Positions 34,372-44,880 of a stretch of DNA of 55,895 bases are shown in pieces (position 1 is the stretch's first letter; each line of letters opens with the position of its first letter). A program made the position numbers and the translations under genes. The stretch is from assembly GCA_003427395.1 (NCBI GenBank), contig BFEA01000038.1, forward strand, positions 2,882,167 through 2,938,061, written 5' to 3'. This stretch comes from Chara braunii. Its lineage: Eukaryota; Plantae; Charophyceae. The notes beneath the pieces are model-generated. The model ran no database searches. It was not told where the DNA came from and was given only the letters and a program-made list of their open reading frames with translations.

Positions 34372-34477
34372 CCGTTTTCACCCGAATAGAAAGCCCGGTC
34401 ATTATAGCTGCATTTGAGGCAAACTTTCAGTCCCGATGCGGCGATAGTGACCGGGCGTACTATTCGGGTGAAGACAG
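34372..34477. mobile_element. ~105-bp Tc1/Mariner-type MITE
   Basis: TIR C(C/T)GT(T/C)TTCACCCGAATAG; TA flanks. Confidence 0.8.
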
Positions 34478-34489
34478 TAGGATGCTACG

Positions 34490-35500
34490 TAGTAGAACTG
34501 GCTGCTATGTAGAGGTAGGCTGCTGTGTGCCCTAGCTGGTACTATGTACAGTGGGTGCTGATATAAGGGCTGGCTGCTATGTGTAGCCTTCGCTATGTGT
34601 GATGGGTGGTACTATGTGAGCTGGGTGGCATGTGCAGTGAGTGGGCAGTACTATGTGGACTGGGTGCCATGTGCAGTGGGTGAGAGTATGTCGGCTGGGT
34701 ATAGTGGGTGGTGCTCTGTGCAGCAGGTGAGGTGGGTGCTAAGTTGCTACCTGTGCTCGGTAGCGCCATGTGGGCTGGGTGCTACTATGTGGCTAGGCAG
34801 GGTGGAACTATGTGTGGCCGCCGGCCGGGGCCGGACAGTCATATGCGTGGTGGCCTGGGCGGTATAGTAAGCGTTGTGGCTGGGCGGTAGTGTGTGTGGT
34901 GGGAAGGGTGGCATTATGTGTGGTGGGGGGATTTGTACTACGTGTGCTGGTTTGGCAGCGACGCGATACAACTGGCACTGAGAACAAACAATACAAAACA
35001 GGGCCGGAGGAAGCGACAAACAGCTGGCACGGAGAGAGGCAGCACAGGAGGCCACAGAATCCAGGAGAGAATGGAAGAGTGATTGCTATTGTATGGAGTG
35101 CAGTGCCATGTGTGCCCACAGCGCATGCTGGGTACTTCGCACACTGGGTGACACACATGGCTGGCTCCTATGTGTGCCAGACTGCCAGGTGCTACAATGT
35201 GGACTGAGCAATAGGTGCTGGGTGTTGTGTGCCCTGGACGCTACGCGCACTGGGTGGGACTATGTGCGCTGGGTGCTATGTCCACTGAATGGTACTAGGT
35301 GGGCCTGGTACTATGTACACTGGCTGGCACTGTGTGGGCTGGGTGGTATGGGTGCCGGATAGTACAACGTGGGCTGGGGGCTGAGTGATATGTCAAGTGG
35401 GTGGTACTATGTGGAGTGTATGATACTATGAGAGGTGGATGGTACTATTAGGGGTGGTGGGTGGTGGTGTGTGAGGTGGGCAGTACGCTGTAGGGTGGGG
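34490..35500 (+). repeat. Degenerate GT-rich tandem repeat (GCTGGGTACTATGTG-like)
   Basis: Recurrent (G/A)CTATGT and CTGGG motifs. Confidence 0.65.
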
Positions 35501-37182
35501 TGTCCTAAATGGAACCCCAAAAAGAAAGAAGCATTCTGTAAGTGAGCTGTTCTTTTCTCAAGCTGACCCAGGCCAAGGGTGTGAGCTACACATGCGATTG
35601 TTTAAAAAACAAAAGTGAACCCCAGACCCCAACATACTTGCCTACGCCCCTAGAACCGCCCCTCCTCAAGAAAAAGAACCCTATGTAAGTGAGCTGGATC
35701 AAAAAAGAAAGAAAGACTACCCCTAGGTACTCGCCTAGCAGCTCGGTGCACATCCGAGCAGCTTGGAGCATCTTGGGGCGGCTTGGAGCAGCTTGGAGCA
35801 GCTTGGAGCTGCTGAGCAGCTGTTCAAATACAGCTCGGGGATACTACATACTTTTGCTGAAATGGCTGGACGCTCCCGGTCGAATACAGGTTGGGGTTTG
35901 AGACTCTCAGGGGAATGCAAGGAATGGAAAACAACGATGATGAAGGAAAATACAAAAACACTGACATAGGTACTCTGCATCCCCGGAGGAGACGAGACAA
36001 AAACACGGGACAACATACAAAACAACAGTTGCAAGAGGGGCATGCACAGAGGAAACCAAAAACAGCCAGCAGGACATCCACAAACTGCAGGCAGCTGGCA
36101 GCCTGCAGCTGTTGTTTTTGACCTCCACTACCCGACCCTTCTTTCACCACCCCCCTCTCTGGTCCCAGCCAGTCGCGGCCCTGTAACGGGATGTGTTCAT
36201 TATTATAATGAGAAACACCCCTTCAACGCCAGGTGAGAGCTGTGCTAACAATCTTCGACTAAACTGCAAAAGGGTGTGTGAAGGAGATGTTCTGCAGAGA
36301 GGGGTCCCACGGTTTGGTTTTAACTTTCAGGTTTCAATATATAATAACTAATTAAACTAAATGAAAAGGAGGGATACTCAGGATAAGTCAAGATGACCTA
36401 GGGGAGCAAGTAAGAAACAGGGGACCAAAGAGGGTTCGACAGGGAAGGGAAAGGAAGGTAGACGGATGCCCTACGGACAGCACGAAGGAAGTACAAGGAA
36501 TGTAAAGCAAGGGATGATAAAAGGGATATACAAGGGATGATAAAAGGGATATCAAAGGGGACACTAAGGGATACCGAGGGACACCAAAGGTTACAAGGAC
36601 TATGAGACAAGTGAGAGATGGGATGAACTATGTGGCCTGAGAGACTGTCAAGAAAGCGGCCCCCCACACCCCGCCTCCCTTGGGATCCTTCTGCTGCATG
36701 ACTGGGTGCTACCAGTAAGCTTCCCAGCCAGCAGAAGCACCCCTCAAGGAAGGCCAAGGCTTGTGGGGGGGGACAATCCGTAACAGTCCCTACCTTGTGC
36801 AGATGACTAGTGCTGCAAGGGCAAGGCTGACTCTTTTTCTTACTCTCTTCGGCCTCATCCTCATGCTTGGTGGTGATAAGCAACCGCACTGACGCAACCC
36901 AGAACAGAAGGGGCTTGTTGTTTTTCGGGAGAAGGGGGGAGGGGGGGGAAAGGGGAACAAACAAAAAGAAACGGAAGGCATACTGTAGTGCGACAGAGGT
37001 GGGAGGCTGAACTGTACCATTTGTTGTTTCTTCCCTTCTGCTATTCTGAACTCTGTCCCATGCTTCCCGGTGATAAGTAACCGGACTGCCCCCCCGAGAA
37101 TGGACGGGGCTCTTGTGTGTGCATGTGTGTGTGTTTTCAGGGGAAAAAACAACAACAACAAAGAAACAGCAGGCATACTTAC

Positions 37183-37621
37183 ATCTGTTCCTTCTCTTCT
37201 GCCTCTTGCTCCAGAATGTCAAGCTCATTCGGACGATCAGGTTCATCCACGTCCTTGGCACGGTCATCCCACTCCCTTGCAGTCTTTCCAGTGGCTCCCT
37301 GATCTTCATCCCTGCGTTGCACAGAACTTCCTCTCTCCCGCCTTGTCAGGCCTCCAATGCTTCTGAGCCTGGACTGGGCCTGCACCCTCAAAGCTGCAGT
37401 TTCCGCACCGTCGCAAGCAAAAATCGCACCATCGCATCCAGCAGTAAAAATGCGGCCACCAGCGATCACGATCGTGAGGACACCACCTACGAATGAGTCA
37501 TGGAGCCTTAACACCCGTACATCCGACGGTACGAGAGGAAACCTCTTGCCCTGAAGTGGATACACGTGAAGAGTTCCATCACAAGCGCCGGTGACCAGCA
37601 TCCCTCCGTCTTGAGAAATGG
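37183..37621 (-). CDS. CFAP43: CFAP43-like exon (2nd in window), WD40 repeats, phase 1 to 2
   Basis: Pyrimidine tract then gcttgcAG|CC; AT|GTaagt; ISQDGGMLVTGACDGTLHVY and HDSFVGGV..IFTAGCDGAIF are WD40-like blades. Confidence 0.88.
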
Positions 37622-38076
37622 CTGCAAGCAATTAGAGGGCAAAAGAAAAAGAGGGGAGGGAAACACAGGCAGGCATGAGAACCAGGAAATGCACTTGGCA
37701 CACCTTTCAGTCCAGATGCGGGTTGTACAGGGTCTTTCAGAATCTTTCTAATTTTTTTTTGCCCTTTCAGGGTGCGCAGCCCGTCAACCACCAATGCTGA
37801 TGGCCGGCGGTTTTGCAGACAGCCAGACCGGGCCAGTCAGCTGTCTGCTAACCAATCGGCAGATGACACTGCACTGTGCTTATAAAAAAATGCAACCTGG
37901 GGGCAAATCTGCACGGGGGAAGCGGGGGGAAGAGGGGGTAGTGTTGTTGGGGGGGGAGGGGGGAGTAAGTTGAAAACTAATTTAAGGACCATAGCTCAAG
38001 ACAGAGGATGTCTCGTGTCGACCAGCCTGCATTAAATGGCAGGGGATACAAAGGCAACCCTATTCACTGTTCAGAA

Positions 38077-38829
38077 CATGGCTGTGCCGGCAACCGGCCG
38101 GTTGGACCCCCAGTGGTCCAACCGGAATTCCGGTTGGTCCCAAAAGTGGGTCAAAAAAATAAAAATAAAAAAAATTGAAAACATGGTTGGACTGCGCTCG
38201 CCGAGATCTCCCCGAATCCGCAAAGAAAACTTTGAACAGAGAAGTTTCGTTTGGGGGGGGTTATGGTGAGGGTGTTGGTGGAGGGGTTTCAGCAACCACA
38301 GGCTTCAGCAGACATTGACAACAACGTACCTGGCTTTCTGCAAACGTTAACCTTCCACCCAAAAACTTTGAAAAGGGGGCTGGAGGTGTTACTGGCAGGG
38401 TAGGGACGGTACTTCCCACCCAAAAACTTTGAAAAGGAGGGTGGGGGTGATAGTGTGAGCGGGTGTTTGTCACTGCTGTCTGGTCCACGTTGCCCTCGAT
38501 ACTGGTAGGGTGATGGTCCTGAGTGCTGGTCACACTGAGGTAGGATAGTAGGGATAGGGGGTGCGATGGGAGCATTAATGGGGGGAAGGGTAGGAAAGGT
38601 GGCCTATCCTGTCAGCACAACTACCGGCTGCTGTTACCAGCAATCACCGGGGATCTAGTCCTTGGCCTCTACAACACCCTGGGCCTTTTTAAAAATAAAA
38701 TAAAAATAAAAAATTAAAAAGATGTGCTACGGCCAAACGGGGGGGAACCGGCCCGGTCGACCGGCCAGTAGGACCGGTTCGGTTCCGGTTGGGGGAGGGC
38801 CCCCCGGTCCTACCGGGTTTGCAGCCTTG
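38077..38829 (-). mobile_element. Uninterrupted 753-bp hAT-type MITE
   Basis: 8-bp TSD GTTCAGAA (38069-38076, 38830-38837); ends CATGGCTG/CAGCCTTG. Confidence 0.92.
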
Positions 38830-39118
38830 GTTCAGAAGAACTTTCCGGCATTTAAGTAAGAAAGCAATGCCGCCGGCTCCCGTATATGTTTTATTAAGAT
38901 ATAGCGAAGGTACTGTGCATAAAAAAGTGTCGCGATAAGCAGAGGGGCGAGGAGTTTTCCCTCTCCAACCGTGCACCCGTGGCATGCACTCAAATCACAA
39001 CGCCGATTGAGCACTGGTGGAGATCTACCCTGTCGTTGCAAGCAAAGAAGTCAGCAGTCTCATCGAGGGAGTGAAGGCTTCAACCTTGACTAACCACAAC
39101 GCCGAGCTGTAGAAAAAT

Positions 39119-39208
39119 CATTGTTTGTTGGATAAAGAACAATCGTGGAGCATTGTTTGTTGGATAAAGAACAATCGTGGAGCATTGTTTGTTGGATAAA
39201 GGACAATC
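39119..39208 (+). repeat. 32-bp tandem repeat, about 3 copies
   Basis: CATTGTTTGTTGGATAAAGAACAATCGTGGAG. Confidence 0.9.
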
Positions 39209-39814
39209 ACGTGCCACTCCTCATCATAGCCTCAGCGAGTCATCTACAGGGTGAAGAGTATCATTGCAAGTCTTCTGTCAGTGACAATAGAACTACGCTG
39301 CGTCAAGTACAACCATATTTCCACGGTTGGTACTACAACTCATCGTTGACTCAACCATCGCATAAGACCCCCGATAGACTCCTCGTTTCATCCATCCCGT
39401 CCACCGCCACCGAGTCTGCTTTTCATGCCAAGCACAGTGTTTCCCTTCTGAGTCTCCCTGCCATAGATCAGAGGGAGGATGCCCCATATTGCGCCTAGCC
39501 AGTGCGGGATGAATGGGTTTCCCTCGTCCTTTTTTCTTTTTCTTCTTTTTTTAATAACAAACGTGACACGTCCTAATAAGTTAATTATCTGGGTACGCTT
39601 TGATCTTCATTTCGATAAAGCTTAAAATCTTCATTTGAAGATACAATTCTGAACTGGCTTGTCCAGTTGTTAAGCATTTGACACGATTGTACTGTGATTG
39701 CAGCAAGATTTCCCTTTTTTGAAGTTTTTTCAAGTTTTCGGGTTGAAGGGGCGGAGCCCCAAACATGATCGTATTCTACTATTCATCCGATTCCAGCCCC
39801 AAAAATTATTGTAT

Positions 39815-39897
39815 TTATCCGATTAACTCAGGATTCGAACTCATGCTCTGTTTAGTAGCAGTTACACGAGTACCGTTCAGCTAGATGGGCTACAGAC
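39815..39897 (-). mobile_element. SINE family 2 head
   Basis: TAGCTGAACGG..TAACTGCTAC..GTTCGAATCC..AATCGGATAA. Confidence 0.6.
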
Positions 39898-39957
39898 CTG
39901 CAACACATGCTAAAGGGGACTTTTTGAGGAGTAGGATTGGCAGCTTGTTTTGGACTA

Positions 39958-40059
39958 CTGTCTACACCCGAATAAAACACCCGGTAATTATTGCCGCATC
40001 TGGACTGAATGTGCCAAATGCAGCTATAATGACCGGGCGTTCTATTCGGGTGAAGACAG
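39958..40059. mobile_element. 102-bp Tc1/Mariner-type MITE
   Basis: ~33-bp imperfect TIR; TA flanks. Confidence 0.85.
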
Positions 40060-40087
40060 TAGGGCTGACACTGTATGATGAGGGCTG

Positions 40088-40180
40088 ATATCCAGCCCAT
40101 GTGGCTGAATGGTGCAAACATTATAACTGTTAGTGAACGGATCATGGTTTCGGATCCTAATGAAATCTGACCGGATAAAA
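40088..40180 (+). mobile_element. SINE family 2 head
   Basis: TATCCAGCCCATGTGGCTGAATGG..TAACTGTTAG, as at 2587. Confidence 0.6.
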
Positions 40181-40325
40181 TGGGTTACATACTTAGAAAC
40201 GGATATGATGATGACTTCCAGCCTGACACCATGGATACGTAGTACATACACGAACAAGGGAGACATGAGGACAAAGCAAAGTATTATGTACAGAAAAGCA
40301 AAAATAAAAGGGGGTCTGTAATGAC

Positions 40326-40495
40326 TCTGTATTTCAACAGTTCATGGGTGTACCAACTGGTACATACAGAAAAGCGGGACAACAAAGGTGGAGCATACCA
40401 ACAGCACAACTGGGTTCCAAAGACAAAGCAAAAATAAAAGGAAGTAACAATGAGCCTAGCCCAGTTGGTACACCCATGAACTGTTGAAATACAGA
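40326..40495. repeat. 35-bp perfect inverted repeat
   Basis: TCTGTATTTCAACAGTTCATGGGTGTACCAACTGG / CCAGTTGGTACACCCATGAACTGTTGAAATACAGA; a related arm lies at about 1530-1565. Confidence 0.8.
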
Positions 40496-40542
40496 CCCAA
40501 GTTGGAATCCAGATGAATGACATAAAATAATTCTGAATTATC

Positions 40543-41092
40543 GTCAGTGGCGGATGGCCCAGTGGTTAGGGCACCGCTTGGAAATGCACATTGTGGTCTG
40601 AGGTTGCGGGCTCAAAACCCCGCAGCCTCGTGCATGGGCCGCCGGCAGGGCGTTAGGTTGCCACACTACCACTCACACACCGAGCGCGCACACAGCCAGG
40701 AGGTGGGGGGAGACGGCTCCAGGAGGGGCAGGCTCCGTGGCGATGAGTACGGGAGGAGTGAAGGAAGGGTTCACCCCCTTCCTAGCAGGAGTGACTCTCA
40801 TCCCCACAGCATCTGGTGGCAGCGGTGCATTTGCCTCCCGGCCGGTTGCCTCGGGGATGCACGACCCTGAGTTCGAAGGGGTTGCACCCTGGCGGGTAGC
40901 TCCGGTCCAGGCTGATACTCCCAGGTGTGGCAAGGTCTCTCTTCTCCTCCTTCCCTGTGAGTCCTGATCTTGAGTGATGCCTGAGTTAGTGGATGGGCCC
41001 GCTGTGCCGACAGGTGGGCTGAGCTCGGCGCATGAAGCCCCCTGCCGGACTTCCTCCTTGCGTCATATTCCCGACGCCCCACAACCCTTTCT
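40543..41092 (+). mobile_element. tRNA-headed SINE (family 3)
   Basis: A-box TGGCCCAGTGG, degenerate B-box GGCTCAAAACC; TSD TAATTCTGAA(A)TTATC at 40528-40542 and 41093-41108. Confidence 0.7.
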
Positions 41093-41200
41093 TAATTCTG
41101 AAATTATCTGGGGCCAGCCAGTTCAAGGATGATATATCAAGGCTGTTCCCCTTTTTGAAACGAGAAAAAAAGCAGTAAAGAAAGAAAGGAAGCATACCCA

Positions 41201-41382
41201 GTTTGCAGTCAATGGGACGCTGGACCCTGTTTCCAGCACGAGCCTAAGCTGGGTACTGGCCCCAGATACCTCCGGGTTGATATGTTGAGGAGTTTCCGGC
41301 CTCAGTTCCGCCTTTAAATATAAACTGCAATCTTCCTCTTTAAAAAAAAAAAAAAAAAAAAACAGTCCTTTGGGACATCCGT

Positions 41383-41414
<32 letters not shown>

Positions 41415-41500
41415 GGCCCCTGCACAAGGATGACACACATAAATCGAGAAATAGTCCAATTTCTTTTTTTAAGAAAAAAAAGAAAAGAAAAAAGAAAACA
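41201..41500 (+). mobile_element. Chimeric retro-insertion: LINE 3' tail + poly(A) + U6 + A-rich tail
   Basis: 41201-41341 resembles 14420-14540; A21 at 41342-41362; 16-bp TSD AAAGGAAGCATACCCA at 41185-41200 and 41501-41516. Confidence 0.9.
41365..41470 (+). pseudogene. U6: Full-length U6 copy within the chimera
   Basis: GTCCTTTGGGACATCCGTTAAAATTGGAACGATACAGAGAAGATTAGC..T-run. Confidence 0.95.
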
Positions 41501-41513
41501 AAAGGAAGCATAC

Positions 41514-41728
41514 CCACAGCAGACCCAAGCTTGGCATGTCCTGCAGTCTCAAGATCGGGAAGCTTTATTCGACTTTCCACACCAAGATACCCCTGAATAG
41601 TTTCCGTAAGGGAAAACCTACGCAGTCTTCGGTCAGCTCCCAGCCCGATCAGAAAGATTGGACCGTCACCATGATGCTCGTCAACGGGAATGACCGCCAT
41701 CCCAAGGAGTGGAACAGTTATGCGAAAA
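41514..41728 (-). CDS. CFAP43: CFAP43-like exon (1st in window), phase 2 to 1
   Basis: gaattcAG|T TTT CGC..GTG G|GTatgc; [38 protein letters not shown] joins in frame to AISQDGG and completes a WD40 repeat. Confidence 0.82.
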
Positions 41729-41957
41729 CTGAATTCAAAGTTCAGGTGGAGAGAGAGTGAAAAAAGAAGTGTCAAATAACTCAGGAAGCCATTACAAAAG
41801 CCAATTAAAAAAATAAAGAAAGGAATTCACAATTGCGACTACGAAAGATATAAAATATGTAAGTGAGCGCCGCTCACCCGTAAGTGAACAGCAAGAAAAG
41901 ATGTCGCATGCCTGTAAGTATCCAATAGGCATGGTGCAGAATCCAAGGATCACCATC

Positions 41958-42025
<68 letters not shown>

Positions 42026-42312
42026 AGCGGAAGACTGAAACAGACAAATCTGACTCATCGGGAGTCAGGACTGCCTACATACATACATCATCGCTCATGC
42101 ACAGGGACGAGCATGGTGGCTCACACACAGAAGATAGCTCCCATGCCCTCAATACATCCACAGACGAAGGAGATGGAGGTAGAGACGAAGAGGGGAGAAG
42201 AAGGGGGAGACTGCCACTCGATAGCCCTGTGAAAGAATAGTCTCCACAAAAGTCCCCCAAAGTCTCTGTCCAGAATACAATGTCCGAGTCTGGGCAAACA
42301 GCCCGACTAGTT

Positions 42313-42324
42313 ACCAAGTCTCAG

Positions 42325-42355
<31 letters not shown>

Positions 42356-42502
42356 AGTCTCAGCTCTCTCTCTCTCTCTCACACCAAGTCTCAGCTCTCT
42401 CTCTCTCTCTCACCAAGTCTCAGCTCTCTCTCTCTCTCTCTCACCAAGTCTCAGCTCTCTCTCTCTCTCTCACACCAAGTCTCAGCTCTCTCTCTCTCTC
42501 TC
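42313..42502 (+). repeat. Minisatellite CACCAAGTCTCAG(CT)n, 6 copies, running into a gap
   Basis: Direct observation. Confidence 0.9.
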
Positions 42503-42677
42503 NNNNNNNNNNNNNNNNNNNNNNNNNNNNNNNNNNNNNNNNNNNNNNNNNNNNNNNNNNNNNNNNNNNNNNNNNNNNNNNNNNNNNNNNNNNNNNNNNN
42601 NNNNNNNNNNNNNNNNNNNNNNNNNNNNNNNNNNNNNNNNNNNNNNNNNNNNNNNNNNNNNNNNNNNNNNNNNNNNN

Positions 42678-42769
<92 letters not shown>

Positions 42770-42922
42770 GTAGCCAGGTACTAGCCGGTGAAAAGATGGC
42801 GTCTTGAGCTGTGATGCAGGTGTTTTGAACATGATTGTCCGTTGAAAGTTTGTCAACGCTCACTCACAGGAACTCCCGTACACGCCCATACATGCACGGA
42901 AGGAAGGGGAGAGGTAGTGGAG

Positions 42923-44700
42923 TGTCACACCGCCCAACAGAAGAAACGCAGCTGAAGACTCAGAAGGGCGAAGTGACAGAATACGCAACACAGTGGATTC
43001 TCTCCACAGAAGTCCCAACAATCATTCATAGAAGACGACCGAGAGATCACAGCCAGAAATCATTGAAGAGATGACAACTCAAACACAGTATTAAAACTGT
43101 TTATTAAACTCAGAGCATCGTTCAACTGAATAACCTCAGAACCCTGTTGCGCTACCCTCAGGAGGGTAGCGCCTCAACCCCACACGCTCTGAACAGCTAA
43201 AATTAGCACCAGAACCCCAGGTAACACCCAGCGCCACCCTGACATCCAACTCAGTGGCCTGCGCCAGTATGAAACAGGCTCCCAGAGCCAATCGCCACTC
43301 AGACGATGAAGAAGAAGCCTAGCGCCAACAATCTCTGATGAAGATGGAGTCCAGACGATGATAATCTCTGAGACGATGCAGCTATGGCTGCATCACCACT
43401 GGGACCCCACTCCTGAAGAGGGTCAGCAGTGCACCACGTGCTCCTATGCATCAGACCTCCAATAGCCCAGACCGCTTTGACTCCCAGAGAGTCAGAGCAG
43501 GCAGCGTTGACCCCAGTCTGGTCAGCGCTCTGCAGATCCGGCTATGTCCGCTGTCTCCCACGCATCAATCAGTCACCACGACCTGATGCTGCGTGCGCAG
43601 CAACTTCCAACACGAAGCGTTAACTGCCAAAAGTCCTGGACTGATGCTCTCCATCTATCTATACTCTACCCTAGCCTAGACTCGACCTAGACCGGACTGA
43701 CTGACCGACCGGTACCGTTTCTGGTTCGGCCCCTTGGGCCTCTCCCTACCCAACTATAGGCTATAGGACCGTCTATCAGCATAGGCCCTTAGGGCCTGTC
43801 TGTTCTAGGGGTAGCCCGGGTCTGCTATTCGCAGTTAGGGTGACTGTAGGAAATTCGAGTTAGTACTGGGCCTATATTTTCCCAGATTTACAGATATGTC
43901 CCTCACGAATTTTCCTTACAGGTAGGTCTCTCGGTTAGCCCTCAGCCAAACAAAATTACGAATCTGTCCCTACCTATGGTACAGCCTCGTCAGAGAGAGC
44001 CGACAGGCAACCTGGAACCAGCAAGTCATTGCACAGGTGGGGCGGCCTGAAGGTGATCTACAGCTATGGCGTCCAAGGTAAGTCCACAGGTGTGTCCCCT
44101 CTCCTCAGCATCCTCCTGGCCTCTACTTCCAGACCTCCTATCTCCTCTACCTCTTCTCAAACACAGCTCTCCTCAACGCTGATCCAGCAGCATGGTCGCA
44201 TGACTCCCAGAATGATGTGACCTACAGCAGCGTAGTCGCAGGGCTCTCTCAATGCCGCTGCCAAGAATGAGGCCGGCCCAGCTATATATAACGCTGCGCC
44301 TACTGGATCCTACCTCGGCCTGTGTCCTGAGCCGTCTGATCGTACTGTCGATCGACGGTCCAGGATGCAGGCCCTAATCCTGGTCCTGAGTCCTGGCCTA
44401 AAACGGCCTGCCTGGGTCCCAACCGGACGTTCAGAACCTTCTGCTGAAGCAGCAGAGCTGTCCTCACAAAAGGACAAAACCAGGGCTAGACCAAAACGTG
44501 GTAGTCCGAATCTGAATGACCCAGACCTGAAAACGGCTGCTGGCCTTGAAATCAGGCCAACTGGTCCAGAGGCACTACCGGTCTGGACAAAACTACGGAG
44601 ACGACAAATCCAGACTGGACAAACCTGCAACAGACAAAAAAACGAGCTCACAACAGACAAAAGACTGAGAACAACATCAAAAACGAACTCAGCAAAATGC
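42923..44700. repeat. Unassigned, possibly LTR-like region
   Basis: Begins TGTCACACC after a purine tract; hairpin GCGCTACCCTC-AG-GAGGGTAGCGC near 43149-43172; no second end or TSD found. Confidence 0.25.
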
Positions 44701-44880
44701 AGACCCCCCCCCCCCCCAAAAAAAAAAAAAAACAAACTCAACACTCCACAACCCCTCAAGGGCCTGAACCCAAGTCGGGCCCAGGAGGGGTCTGCATGGG
44801 ACCCCATGCATACCACAAAAGCTAAATAAAAAAGGGAGGACCTTTTTGTGATGTTGGAAGGGGAAGAAAGGAAGGACCCT

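Noticed and set aside
36398-37309. 303-aa ORF (also 54395-55399 and 17571-18179)
   Set aside because: Compositionally biased shadow ORFs over intron or repeat sequence, with no recognisable motifs
26731-41516. Insertions targeted to splice sites
   Set aside because: Two insertions lie within 20 nt of donors, but at this transposon density chance is sufficient
42075-42317. Possible further CFAP43 exon
   Set aside because: No recognisable similarity and no convincing phase-2 donor
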